Of a DNA stretch of 64,000 bases, positions 55,027 through 64,000 are shown piece after piece. The DNA is taken from IMG/VR virus record IMGVR_UViG_3300045135_001635, one strand, 5' to 3'. Numbering within the stretch: the first letter of the stretch is position 1; every line of letters begins with the position of its first letter. A model generated the notes under the pieces. It was not told where the DNA came from and did not search any database. It saw only the letters and a program-made list of their open reading frames with translations. The position numbers were made by a program, and so were the translations under genes. Source of the stretch: a virus.

Positions 55027-57519
55027 TTATAAATTACCCAACTTCACCCTGAGTTTTCCGCCAGCATCGTAGATTGTAATGTTATCACCGCCAAATTCTA
55101 TTCTCGCGCCAGAATCAGCAGTATTACGTAATCCGTTAAGACTTAATATACCGCCGGAGTTAGTTGTAACTTCAGTGAAAGTCTTATCAGCTGTACCATT
55201 ATAGTCAACACCTTGATATTGGAATACTCTACCAGTTTGTATATGCCAATAAGTGTCGTGTTTTAATAAAACATTTTCACCTCTAAATTGGCGTATAATA
55301 TCTGATTTAGAATTAGTACCAGTATCAGAATTAACTGTAGCGTCTGTATCAAAAACTATCGCATTACCAGCTGAACCCATAGGACCAGAAGGACCGATTG
55401 TACCTGTAGGACCTTTTGACCCAGGATTACCGCGACTACCGCGAGGACCAGCCGAACCACGAGGACCTTGCGTACCTTGTGGTCCTTGAGTACCCCTGAT
55501 ACCAGTAGGACCAGCCGAACCACGAGGACCTTGCGTACCTTGTGGTCCTTGAGTACCCCTGATACCAGTAGGACCAGCCGAACCACGAGGACCTTGAGTA
55601 CCTTGAGGACCAGAAGGACCTCTGATACCAGTAGGACCAGCCGAACCACGAGGACCTTGAGTACCTTGAGGACCAGAAGGACCTTGAATACCCGTCACAC
55701 CGCGAGGACCAATAGTACCTTTAGGACCTTGTGATCCTTGGATACCAGTTACACCGCGAGGACCAATAGTACCTTTAGGACCTTGTGTACCTTGCGGACC
55801 TTGAGATCCTTGAATACCAGTCGCGCCACGAGGACCTTGTGTACCTTGCGGACCGCGAGTACCTTGGATACCTTGAGAACCTTGAATACCAGTCGCGCCA
55901 CGAGGACCCTGAGTACCTTTAGGACCCTGAGTACCACGAGGACCTTGAGAACCTTGAATACCAGTCGCGCCACGAGGACCCTGAGTACCTTTAGGACCCT
56001 GAGTACCACGAGGACCTTGAGAACCTTGCGGTCCAGAAGGACCTTGAATACCAGTCGCGCCACGAGGACCAATCGTACCTTTAGGACCCTGAGAACCTTG
56101 AATACCAGTCGCACCGCGAGGACCTTGTGTACCTTGCGGTCCTTGTGTTCCGCGAGGACCCTGAGTACCTTGAGGACCTTGAGTACCTTGAGGACCTTGA
56201 GTACCTTGAGGTCCACGAGTACCTTGCTTACCTTGAGGACCAGAAGGACCGACTATACCTGTTGGACCAACAACCCCCGTAGGACCTTCAATCCCACGAG
56301 TACCTCTTTGTCCAGTTTGACCCCGAGTACCTTGAGGTCCAGTAACGCCTTGGATACCAGTAGGACCTTGAATACCAGTAGGACCATTAATACCCGTGAC
56401 GCCTTGGATACCTTGAGTACCTTGAGGTCCTTGGGTTCCTTGAGGTCCTTGTGTTCCCTGAGGTCCAGTAACGCCTTGAATACCTTGCGTACCTTTAGGA
56501 CCCTGAGTACCACGAGGACCAGTAACGCCTTGGATACCAGTAACGCCTTGGATACCTTGAGTACCTTTAGGTCCTTGAGTTCCTTGAGGACCAGTAACGC
56601 CTTGAATTCCAGTAGGACCTTGAATACCCTGAGTACCTTTAGGACCCTGAGTTCCTTGCGGTCCTTGTGTTCCCTGAATACCAGTAACGCCTTGGATACC
56701 TTGAGTACCTTTAGGTCCTTGAGTTCCTTGAGGACCCGTAGGACCTTGGATACCAGTAACGCCTTGGATACCTTGAGTTCCCTTAGGACCCTGAGTTCCC
56801 TTAGGACCCTGAGTACCTTTAGGACCGATTGTACCCTGAATACCTTGAGAACCTTTAATACCTTGACTTCCGCGAGGACCCTGAGTACCTTGAGGACCAG
56901 TAACGCCTTGAATACCCTGAGTACCTTGCGGTCCTTGCGTGCCTTGAGGACCCTGAGTACCTTGAGGACCGATTGTACCTTGAGTTCCCTGAGGACCCTG
57001 AGTACCTTGCGGTCCTTGTTGTCCAGTAGGACCTACGATACCCTGAGTACCTTTAGGACCCTGAGTTCCTTGCGGTCCTTGTTGTCCAGTAGGACCTTGG
57101 ATACCTTGAGTTCCTTGCGGTCCTTGGATACCTTGAGTTCCTTGGGCACCCGTAGCACCGCGAGGACCAGTAGGACCTACGATACCATCAATACCAGCAA
57201 TACCCACGATAGTAGGTTCTTCCCACTCACTTTCAATCGTTTCATTATATGAAGGATTGCCGACGATTACGCGACGGCATTCCCAAAGAATAGGAAAAGA
57301 TTGGCTTAAATTTTCACCGAACGTAGTCCAAGAAATACCGTCAACGCTACCTGAAGGTGATGGGTTATTATACCCCCAACTATTTTTAGGTAGTTGACCC
57401 GATAAAAAATCAGAAGCGTCTGTTATAGACGCAACTGTTCTTGAGTAAATATATTCATAACCAACAGCATCGCTTACGTCTGTAAACGATATTGATGAAG
57501 ATGCGGTTAACGTCGGCAT
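55027..57519 (-). CDS. Collagen-like fibre protein (~204 Gly-X-Y triplets)
   Basis: Continuous [18 protein letters not shown] repeats from 55366 to 57204; ends [15 protein letters not shown]. Confidence 0.92.
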   Translation of the reverse strand: MPTLTASSSISFTDVSDAVGYEYIYSRTVASITDASDFLSGQLPKNSWGYNNPSPSGSVDGISWTTFGENLSQSFPILWECRRVIVGNPSYNETIESEWEEPTIVGIAGIDGIVGPTGPRGATGAQGTQGIQGPQGTQGIQGPTGQQGPQGTQGPKGTQGIVGPTGQQGPQGTQGPQGTQGTIGPQGTQGPQGTQGPQGTQGIQGVTGPQGTQGPRGSQGIKGSQGIQGTIGPKGTQGPKGTQGPKGTQGIQGVTGIQGPTGPQGTQGPKGTQGIQGVTGIQGTQGPQGTQGPKGTQGIQGPTGIQGVTGPQGTQGPKGTQGIQGVTGIQGVTGPRGTQGPKGTQGIQGVTGPQGTQGPQGTQGPQGTQGIQGVTGINGPTGIQGPTGIQGVTGPQGTRGQTGQRGTRGIEGPTGVVGPTGIVGPSGPQGKQGTRGPQGTQGPQGTQGPQGTQGPRGTQGPQGTQGPRGATGIQGSQGPKGTIGPRGATGIQGPSGPQGSQGPRGTQGPKGTQGPRGATGIQGSQGPRGTQGPKGTQGPRGATGIQGSQGIQGTRGPQGTQGPRGATGIQGSQGPQGTQGPKGTIGPRGVTGIQGSQGPKGTIGPRGVTGIQGPSGPQGTQGPRGSAGPTGIRGPSGPQGTQGPRGSAGPTGIRGTQGPQGTQGPRGSAGPTGIRGTQGPQGTQGPRGSAGPRGSRGNPGSKGPTGTIGPSGPMGSAGNAIVFDTDATVNSDTGTNSKSDIIRQFRGENVLLKHDTYWHIQTGRVFQYQGVDYNGTADKTFTEVTTNSGGILSLNGLRNTADSGARIEFGGDNITIYDAGGKLRVKLGNL

Positions 57520-57533
57520 TTAAAACCCCTTTT

Positions 57534-58721
57534 TTATGGAGTTGTTACTGTCGCTACACAACGAATACTAATTGGAACGCCAGTATCAGGTATATTAGAC
57601 GGAGATACAATAACCTGATTTGTATTAAACGCTACACCATTCGCTGAACGACCTACAGATAAAGGAGCGCCAGAAGCATCAGTTTGAACTTCTAAGCTGT
57701 CTGTAGCAACAAAAACTTGTTCCCCTGTAACGAATTCCCAATCATAAGCGATTGTAACACCGCCAACACCATCGGTCAATTGACTTCCGTCATTTGCGTC
57801 AAATACATTAGCGGTTAATGTAACAGGGTCGCCAGAGTTATTACGGAATACGGTTGGTCCGTTAGCAGTTACTTCAACATAAACAGCAGCACGACCAGCA
57901 CGAACTTTTGCGAATGTTACGGCGTCTTTACCTTGCTCACCAGATACACGAACTGAAAGAGTTTCAGCAGAATCACCTAAGTTAGAAGGTTGAATTTCAA
58001 GACGAGCATTAGAGTTTAAGTTATTTGGTAATGTTCCTGTACTAAACGCACCAGAAGCATCATTATCAAAACCAGAAATACCACCAGCATCAGCTGAAGT
58101 TGCTGTTTGACTTTGGAACGGAGCACCGTCTAAAGAAGTTTCGTAACTTAATTCTCCAGGATTACCAGCAATATCAAATAAGATAGTACTTGCTGATTGA
58201 CCTGATAAAAGTTCGCCGTCCGCGTTAGCAGAGAACATTTGGCTTGAAGGAACCATCTTAATTACAGTACCACCAGCACCGTCTTGGATTCGGTTAACAG
58301 ATAATTCTAAGTTAAATGATCCTACAGTACCGTTGTTGTTATACGTAACAGGAACTACGATTGACGCAGAAGAAGGAACGCCAACAGCATCGGCATAAAT
58401 TGTACCAGCATCTTTTGTTACGCCACCGCCAATATCGAAGCCATTAGTTTGAGATACTTGAAATTCCCAACCACTTACGGCTGATATTGAACCAATTGTG
58501 AATTGGCCAGCAGAAGGAGTGCCAGTCGTGAATGTTTGAGCTGAACCCCCAACAAACACTTTTACGTTACACGAGAAATCTCTTCGAGTAGCATCAGATA
58601 CAACTCCTGCGTCATTTGCCGCAAATGTATGGTTTTCGTTAGTTAAAAATGCTGATACAGAACTTTGTCCGTCAGCTAAGTCAGTTAGTGTTATGGCAGC
58701 AGTAGCTGTACGAATTGCCAT
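57534..58721 (-). CDS. Beta-rich structural protein (collagen fibre partner)
   Basis: A.A.ITLTDL.DG start shared with the collagen protein's N-terminus; LTNENHT; G.VFRN..G...LTA module shared with 58724-59695. Confidence 0.55.
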   Translation of the reverse strand: MAIRTATAAITLTDLADGQSSVSAFLTNENHTFAANDAGVVSDATRRDFSCNVKVFVGGSAQTFTTGTPSAGQFTIGSISAVSGWEFQVSQTNGFDIGGGVTKDAGTIYADAVGVPSSASIVVPVTYNNNGTVGSFNLELSVNRIQDGAGGTVIKMVPSSQMFSANADGELLSGQSASTILFDIAGNPGELSYETSLDGAPFQSQTATSADAGGISGFDNDASGAFSTGTLPNNLNSNARLEIQPSNLGDSAETLSVRVSGEQGKDAVTFAKVRAGRAAVYVEVTANGPTVFRNNSGDPVTLTANVFDANDGSQLTDGVGGVTIAYDWEFVTGEQVFVATDSLEVQTDASGAPLSVGRSANGVAFNTNQVIVSPSNIPDTGVPISIRCVATVTTP

Positions 58722-58723
58722 GA

Positions 58724-59695
58724 TTAGTTTCCTTTTTCGGTTATAATTAATTGAATTGGAAGAGTTCCGTTATTCGGAACTGCTTGGGCTTCTATTGAAA
58801 TTGTTTTTAAATCTGAGCCATTAAATGTATTTAGCTCGCTTTGAGTTGTAGCAGGTACTCCGTACCCTAATGGACATAATCCGTTAGTATCAACAGTAAC
58901 GATATTACCGTTAATGTGTGAAACTCGTTTGGTTGTAGGATTAATACAAACCAATTCATTCCCCCCTTTCAGCCATTCATAATGATAGTTTGAATAATCT
59001 GAATCAGAAATTTGAATATCGTTATTTGTTATGAATGCTGATAAATCAGTTTCGCCTTGGTCGTTTCTAAAAATGTTACCGTTACTTGTAATAATATCAA
59101 CCTGTAGATTCTCTACACCACGGTCAAAAATAAGTATCGGATCAGACCAATTACTTGATAGAATAGTTTTTGAAGATTCTGTTGTGAATACAGACACTTG
59201 AATAGCGTGAACGTACCTTCCAGATTCAGGAATTAAAAACTGCCATTGCCCGAGCGTTTCGCCGTTTTGTATAGGCTCAAGAGAATTTGTCTCGAACGAA
59301 TATATTAAATCAACATCAATATCTTCACTAATAGGTAATGTCTTTTCGTTAGAAGATTTATACAGCATTATGTTAATTGAGTTTACATTATCTACTGTAG
59401 ATTCTACTTTACTTTGAAGGTCTATTAAGATGTTATCGTGATTACCTATTTTAGCTTCAGTTTGCGAAATTCTATTATCATAATCCGAATCCAAAACGTT
59501 CGTTAATTCTAAAGAAACGCTCTGAGATATTAAATCTTCTAATACATTTAAGTCTATATTTCCGCCAGACCCACCAGCAGATATAAGTTGATTAAGAAAA
59601 TTAAAGTTCTCATTAATCTTAATACCCACTTGTCTGAGAGTATCGCCTTGACCATCGTTGGCAGCATTACCTATATTAATTGGTTGAATCGACAT
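58724..59695 (-). CDS. Baseplate fibre-connector-like protein (gp9/gp10-type N-terminus)
   Basis: INIGNAANDGQGDTLR..GIKINENF motif. Confidence 0.65.
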   Translation of the reverse strand: MSIQPINIGNAANDGQGDTLRQVGIKINENFNFLNQLISAGGSGGNIDLNVLEDLISQSVSLELTNVLDSDYDNRISQTEAKIGNHDNILIDLQSKVESTVDNVNSINIMLYKSSNEKTLPISEDIDVDLIYSFETNSLEPIQNGETLGQWQFLIPESGRYVHAIQVSVFTTESSKTILSSNWSDPILIFDRGVENLQVDIITSNGNIFRNDQGETDLSAFITNNDIQISDSDYSNYHYEWLKGGNELVCINPTTKRVSHINGNIVTVDTNGLCPLGYGVPATTQSELNTFNGSDLKTISIEAQAVPNNGTLPIQLIITEKGN

Positions 59696-59704
59696 CTTTA
59701 GTTC

Positions 59705-60613
59705 CTATAAGTAAATATCTTGATCGAAAGTTGGTAAATTTGCGTTCGTCTCATCTATTGTCGCCGGAGTATTTAAATCCGCGAGGTCATAAATTGTTAA
59801 GTAACCTTGGGCAATTAAACTTTCGAATGTTTCTGACGAATAATCACTCAACAAAGGTATAGAACTTATATTTAGTCCTGTATCAGTCAAGTCCGTTTCT
59901 GTTAATACTGTTAAAGTCCAATTTGAAGATACTTTAGATAAAACCGTATTTTCTAACGGTAATGGATAATTTATTTCTAAAGGATCGATTGTTTCTCCAA
60001 CACTTACGCCCATTGAAGCTTCACTTTGAGTTACAACGTCCGCAGATAAGTAGAATCCTGCTGGGTGTACGAACTTACGATATAGCGCTTCATAGTCTGA
60101 GAAAGAAAGACCAGTCTTAATATTGACAGAGAATATTTGATATCTTCTATTATCGGTAATGTATTTAAGACTTTCGGTTCCAATCTTAGAATCATTTAAA
60201 ATAAAGACATTATTCTTTGGGTAGGATATCTCAACGTCTTCAGCAAAGAATGATTTAAAGAATTGCTCAACAGATATTTGAGTACCCTTCGCGCGATAGA
60301 AGTCAGAAATTAACTTAACCATCAAGCGAGGGTTTTGCGCGAACGAGTTAGTTTTTAATCCTTCGCCAACTTCAGATAATATTAGATCCAATGTTTCTAA
60401 ATTAGTAGAGGTTATGTCGCGGATATCAAATAACGTTTTAATTTGGTGTTCAAACGATCCAGGATTACTTTCACCAGCATATTCATAATATGTTTCTAAG
60501 AATGATACAAGATTCGGATACATTTCTACCATTGCTTCAGGTAACAGTTGAGTTACCTGATTGGAATGAAATCTTGTTTTTAATCGAGGACTATTTAAAC
60601 GAACATTTAACAT
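59705..60613 (-). CDS. Short baseplate wedge protein (gp7-like)
   Basis: YP..VSFLETYYE, FYRAKGT..S...FF, Y.IFS..I, FVHPAGF; follows gp6. Confidence 0.7.
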   Translation of the reverse strand: MLNVRLNSPRLKTRFHSNQVTQLLPEAMVEMYPNLVSFLETYYEYAGESNPGSFEHQIKTLFDIRDITSTNLETLDLILSEVGEGLKTNSFAQNPRLMVKLISDFYRAKGTQISVEQFFKSFFAEDVEISYPKNNVFILNDSKIGTESLKYITDNRRYQIFSVNIKTGLSFSDYEALYRKFVHPAGFYLSADVVTQSEASMGVSVGETIDPLEINYPLPLENTVLSKVSSNWTLTVLTETDLTDTGLNISSIPLLSDYSSETFESLIAQGYLTIYDLADLNTPATIDETNANLPTFDQDIYL

Positions 60614-62430
60614 TATAAGGTCACCTTGGCCATATCGGTTTCTACAACACTTTGTACGCTGAGTAACGGTTCATTAAGAGTGATTATATAATTACGTAAT
60701 GGTCTAATCGTACTTGTGTTAGCAGGTTTTGCCGTAATTTTTAAAGAAGTTAAATTATCAACAGTAAAGCTATTCAAAATGACTAATCCATTCGCTGGAT
60801 CATATGAACCTATATTTAAGAGTTTAACTTCATCATTTGTATCTAGTAGTTGTAATCTAGTTGAACCTAATTCGTTTCTAATATAACAATTTTGCCCCTT
60901 ATATACAAACGACGAAGAAGTAATAATATGATCGTCTTTATCAGGAGAAGCTAATGTGAACGGGAATGATACGCTATAATCTTTATCTTGATTAGGAATA
61001 ACGTCCGTTATTTCTTGTTGGGCAAATACGTTTATCTGAGAATTTAAAATAGACGTAGATATAGAATCAATCTTATTTAATAATGAAGACCTACGGAAAG
61101 AAGCGTCAAATTTATTTAATTCTTTATTAAAGTGATTAATTATAACATTTTGTACAGACGTTTGTAGTGACGCTGTTGAAGATCTACTCTTAGTTGTATC
61201 TACATTAAATGTAGCCTGTAATATCAACGACGTGATTTCAGGTTCTACGAATATCGTTTCAATTGACATTATAGCTAAGTTTGAAGTTAACTCGTCTGCG
61301 ATAGATTGCTTAATAATACCTTGAGTGTAAGAATCCATTCCGTCTTTAAATTGAAGACTTACAAAAACTTTACCTAATTGAGCCGGAACATTCTCATTAC
61401 CACCCCAAGCAATCACACCATCTAAGTACGAACCATAATTATTAAATATAACAGACTCATAATCATTCGCAGTAACTAATCGTTGTTGAGTTGTATAAAG
61501 TCTTGGCGCGTTAATTTTAATAGATTCAAGAGATTCTTTTTCATCACCACCAGCAGACTCAGCTACTGTTGAAACTAAAACAGGATACGTGTTTCCGTTG
61601 AAACTGATATTACGTGTAGCAAAGGCGAATCCACCGTTAGCATCAGAACCAACAGTCGTCATATAATCAACAACAATCTTATTACCCGCAACTGGAGCCT
61701 TACCTAATGTATTGCCGTCACTAAATTGAAGTTCGTAAGAACCTTGCGAGGTTTCACGAATAAGGTAAATCTGAGATTCGTCATTAATAGTACGAACGTT
61801 GTCGATATGATTATAGACAGTAAATTCGGTGGTATTGAAATCGTTATATACTGAAACGCGAATTGTAGTTGTGTCTATATTAGTATCAGGAATAACAAAT
61901 ACTGGGTTGTCGCTATTATCACCAACAGCAAAAGTCTTTCTTTTAACAGTACCTTCTTTTAAAGTGATGTTAGGACTTCCTGCTGAGTTTTTAAACGTAT
62001 ATACACCATTTTCATTAGTAGCTGTATAGCTCTCTATTGTTTTGAATGAATAAGCAACTTCATCAACATCAACTAAAAATTCAGTATAAGGGTTTAAAAC
62101 CATAACTTCAGGATTAGTTTCACCTTCAAGTTCTGCTACAGTAGCAGTAACTACAGCAGTAGAAGCGGTCGAAGACTTTGGAGTATATCCTAATGACTCA
62201 GCGTGAGCTAATACTGAAGAACGTAATTGCGCCGTACCTAAAAACGATTCGTTGATTGCCATATTAGCGATCAATCCATTTAGGTGAGTGTTATATGATA
62301 GTACGTCTAAAATATTAGATACACCACTTGCTTCGAAATCGTAGTCGTCGAATTCGCCACTCTGTTTTAAAAACGTTTTAAGTTTCGTTTTAATATTGGC
62401 AAAATCTAAATCTGACGTTGAAATAGTCAT
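60613..62430 (-). CDS. gp6: Baseplate wedge subunit
   Basis: LDFANIK..LK.FL, DYDFEASG...ILDVLSYNTH, ESFL.TAQLRSSV, Q.RLVTA.DY, WGG.EN.P...GKVF. Confidence 0.93.
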   Translation of the reverse strand: MTISTSDLDFANIKTKLKTFLKQSGEFDDYDFEASGVSNILDVLSYNTHLNGLIANMAINESFLGTAQLRSSVLAHAESLGYTPKSSTASTAVVTATVAELEGETNPEVMVLNPYTEFLVDVDEVAYSFKTIESYTATNENGVYTFKNSAGSPNITLKEGTVKRKTFAVGDNSDNPVFVIPDTNIDTTTIRVSVYNDFNTTEFTVYNHIDNVRTINDESQIYLIRETSQGSYELQFSDGNTLGKAPVAGNKIVVDYMTTVGSDANGGFAFATRNISFNGNTYPVLVSTVAESAGGDEKESLESIKINAPRLYTTQQRLVTANDYESVIFNNYGSYLDGVIAWGGNENVPAQLGKVFVSLQFKDGMDSYTQGIIKQSIADELTSNLAIMSIETIFVEPEITSLILQATFNVDTTKSRSSTASLQTSVQNVIINHFNKELNKFDASFRRSSLLNKIDSISTSILNSQINVFAQQEITDVIPNQDKDYSVSFPFTLASPDKDDHIITSSSFVYKGQNCYIRNELGSTRLQLLDTNDEVKLLNIGSYDPANGLVILNSFTVDNLTSLKITAKPANTSTIRPLRNYIITLNEPLLSVQSVVETDMAKVTL

Positions 62431-62870
62431 TATCTGTTCCTCGATATAGTAACTGTCACTGAAGTTGTTTCTAATGTATTAATAACTTGAAATTCAACAG
62501 TAACTTCTGCCGAATAATAATCAGTGGAGAAATTTGTCTCGACACTGAGAACCCTAGCTCTTGGTTCATTGTTTTTTATAGTGTTAACTACGTAATTGGC
62601 GACGTCGCCCTCATCAACTTCAGTTGAAAGAGAGAAAATTAAGTCGTATAAACCAGAACCGTAATATGGATTAAATGGCTTCTCACCTCGACGAGTGAGT
62701 AACAAATTCTTAACGGCTTGCTTTACAGCAGCTGCGTCAGTCTTTTTGTATATATCGCCAGAAAGTTTTGCTTCAAACGAACAGTCAATATCGCTGTATG
62801 ATCTTGATACAGTTGTGGTGATTGGTCTGTTCGAAAGATTACCATCTTCGTTTGCGAATACTTTAGCCAT
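62430..62870 (-). CDS. gp25: Baseplate wedge subunit / sheath initiator
   Basis: YSDID..F, AVKQAVKNLLLT..GEKPFNP.YG, I...EPR. Confidence 0.92.
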   Translation of the reverse strand: MAKVFANEDGNLSNRPITTTVSRSYSDIDCSFEAKLSGDIYKKTDAAAVKQAVKNLLLTRRGEKPFNPYYGSGLYDLIFSLSTEVDEGDVANYVVNTIKNNEPRARVLSVETNFSTDYYSAEVTVEFQVINTLETTSVTVTISRNR

Positions 62871-62924
62871 TTTGAACCTTAAACTCTTTTCTTTTTATTT
62901 ATACGGAAAGTTTAAGGTCAAATG
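62868..62924 (-). promoter_or_regulatory. Late promoter (62896-62903) inside an RBS/AUG-sequestering inverted repeat
   Basis: CATTTGACCTTAAACT ... TATAAATA ... AGTTTAAGGTTCAAAATG of gp25. Confidence 0.75.
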
Positions 62925-64000
62925 ACGTTGGAATGCCTAATAGTTTTAAAACATCACAAAAAGTGAGCGTGATAAGGTCAAGTATCTTGGACAAGCCTAT
63001 CTTTTTTAAGAACTTTTTAATCTTCTTAATCCACATAAACAGTAGTTCTTTTTGCCATTGAGCGAACCAGTTCTTTGCTTGTTTGACTAAGTCTGCTATG
63101 AGTTCTTCGCCACACAGAACGTTTTCATCAATCTTCTTACCTAATATCTCAACAAGACTCTTACCGAAGATTGTTACCTTTTCAAGTTGTTCAACGATAT
63201 AACCCGTGACACTGAAGTTTTCTATCTTATCCTTGAGCGCTTCCGCTTTATCTCGTAAGCTATCAATATGACCTTGAATGAATGCTGCTACGTCAAACGA
63301 TAGTATGGCAGGGATGTCAGGTAAGCCCAACGCCTTCCATATCTTTTTAAACTTCTTAATAAGTGCTTCGAATGCTTTAAACATCGCGTTCGTACACCAT
63401 TCCATTATTTCCGTCTTAATATATTGCCAAGTGTACTTTGCTCGCCACTCGTCACATTTAATACCAAACTCGCCATTAAAGAATTGATATGCTTTAGGTA
63501 GTAAAGGGAATATATCTTCAAGCTTGTCGACGATCTCACCTTGAATTCTTTTTTGTTCTTCACGTTCAAATATTTTCAAAACGTTTATGTTAATCCCAAA
63601 TATATTAACATTAAAATCAACAGGGATTAGTTTGGAAATCATATCAAGTATTTTAACTGGAATGAATATGTGAAGTTCTTGGATAAGTTCGTCCCAAGCG
63701 TCTTTGGCTTCTTTCTGCCAATTACGTATCTTACCTTTGGACCAATACGGAGATAGAATATCAGCAATCTTCTCCATCACATCTTCTATCTTTTGAATGA
63801 TACTATTAATTTGTTCAACTACATCATCAGCAAGTTCGCGTCTTGCGTCAATTAGCTTTTGTTTTAACTGAGAAGGAATCTGAGCTATCTTATTAAATTG
63901 CTCTACTATTTCAGCTTTCGTTGGTAGTGTACCGTCACACTCAATCGAGAAGCCTTGTAGATTTATCGCCGAAGCACCTAGTAATCCAAGCAACTCATAT
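62899..64000 (-). CDS. Hypothetical helical protein, probably 5'-partial
   Basis: The frame remains open to the window edge; helical Lys/Ile-rich sequence with internal repeats; no family recognised. Confidence 0.6.
   Translation of the reverse strand, partial: YELLGLLGASAINLQGFSIECDGTLPTKAEIVEQFNKIAQIPSQLKQKLIDARRELADDVVEQINSIIQKIEDVMEKIADILSPYWSKGKIRNWQKEAKDAWDELIQELHIFIPVKILDMISKLIPVDFNVNIFGININVLKIFEREEQKRIQGEIVDKLEDIFPLLPKAYQFFNGEFGIKCDEWRAKYTWQYIKTEIMEWCTNAMFKAFEALIKKFKKIWKALGLPDIPAILSFDVAAFIQGHIDSLRDKAEALKDKIENFSVTGYIVEQLEKVTIFGKSLVEILGKKIDENVLCGEELIADLVKQAKNWFAQWQKELLFMWIKKIKKFLKKIGLSKILDLITLTFCDVLKLLGIPTSFDLKLSV

Noticed and set aside
55738-57252. 504-aa plus-strand ORF (TLRTLS repeats) and other alternate-frame ORFs over the collagen gene
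   Set aside because: Shadow frames of a low-complexity Gly-X-Y repeat; no RBS or promoter context.
1-64000. tRNAs, introns, inteins, homing endonucleases
   Set aside because: None recognised; core genes (gp17, gp20, gp23, uvsW) are of normal uninterrupted length and intergenic gaps are short.

Overview
This window is 64 kb of a T4-like (Tevenvirinae/Kyanoviridae-style) myophage genome, with essentially all real genes on the minus strand. In transcription order (right to left) it runs as follows: baseplate genes (gp25, gp6, a short gp7-like gene, a gp9/10-like gene, gp8, a VrlC/DUF4815-like gene); a ~35 kb fibre/appendage region; neck genes gp13-gp14-gp15; terminase gp16/gp17; tail gp18/gp19; head gp20-gp67-gp68-gp21-gp22-gp23; then gp3, uvsY, uvsW, gp55 and a partial gp47. 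T4 late promoters (TATAAATA), sigma70-type promoters and UUCG terminators can be read directly from the sequence. The most striking element is a 2267-aa Arg/Tyr/Gly/Thr-rich protein (35682-42485). Its ~2000-aa repeat region is self-complementary around a central GGDPG turn: read antiparallel, the two arms follow a residue-pairing code (Y:R, R:G, S:F, Y:G), and their tandem duplications are mirrored in length and copy number. This implies one giant beta-hairpin roughly 330 nm long. Miniature versions of the same code occur in three other structural genes. A set of glycosyltransferase-, oxygenase- and methyltransferase-like genes is interleaved with the fibre and head genes, suggesting a phage-encoded virion-decoration system. 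All assignments come from motif recognition and gene order; no database searches were run.
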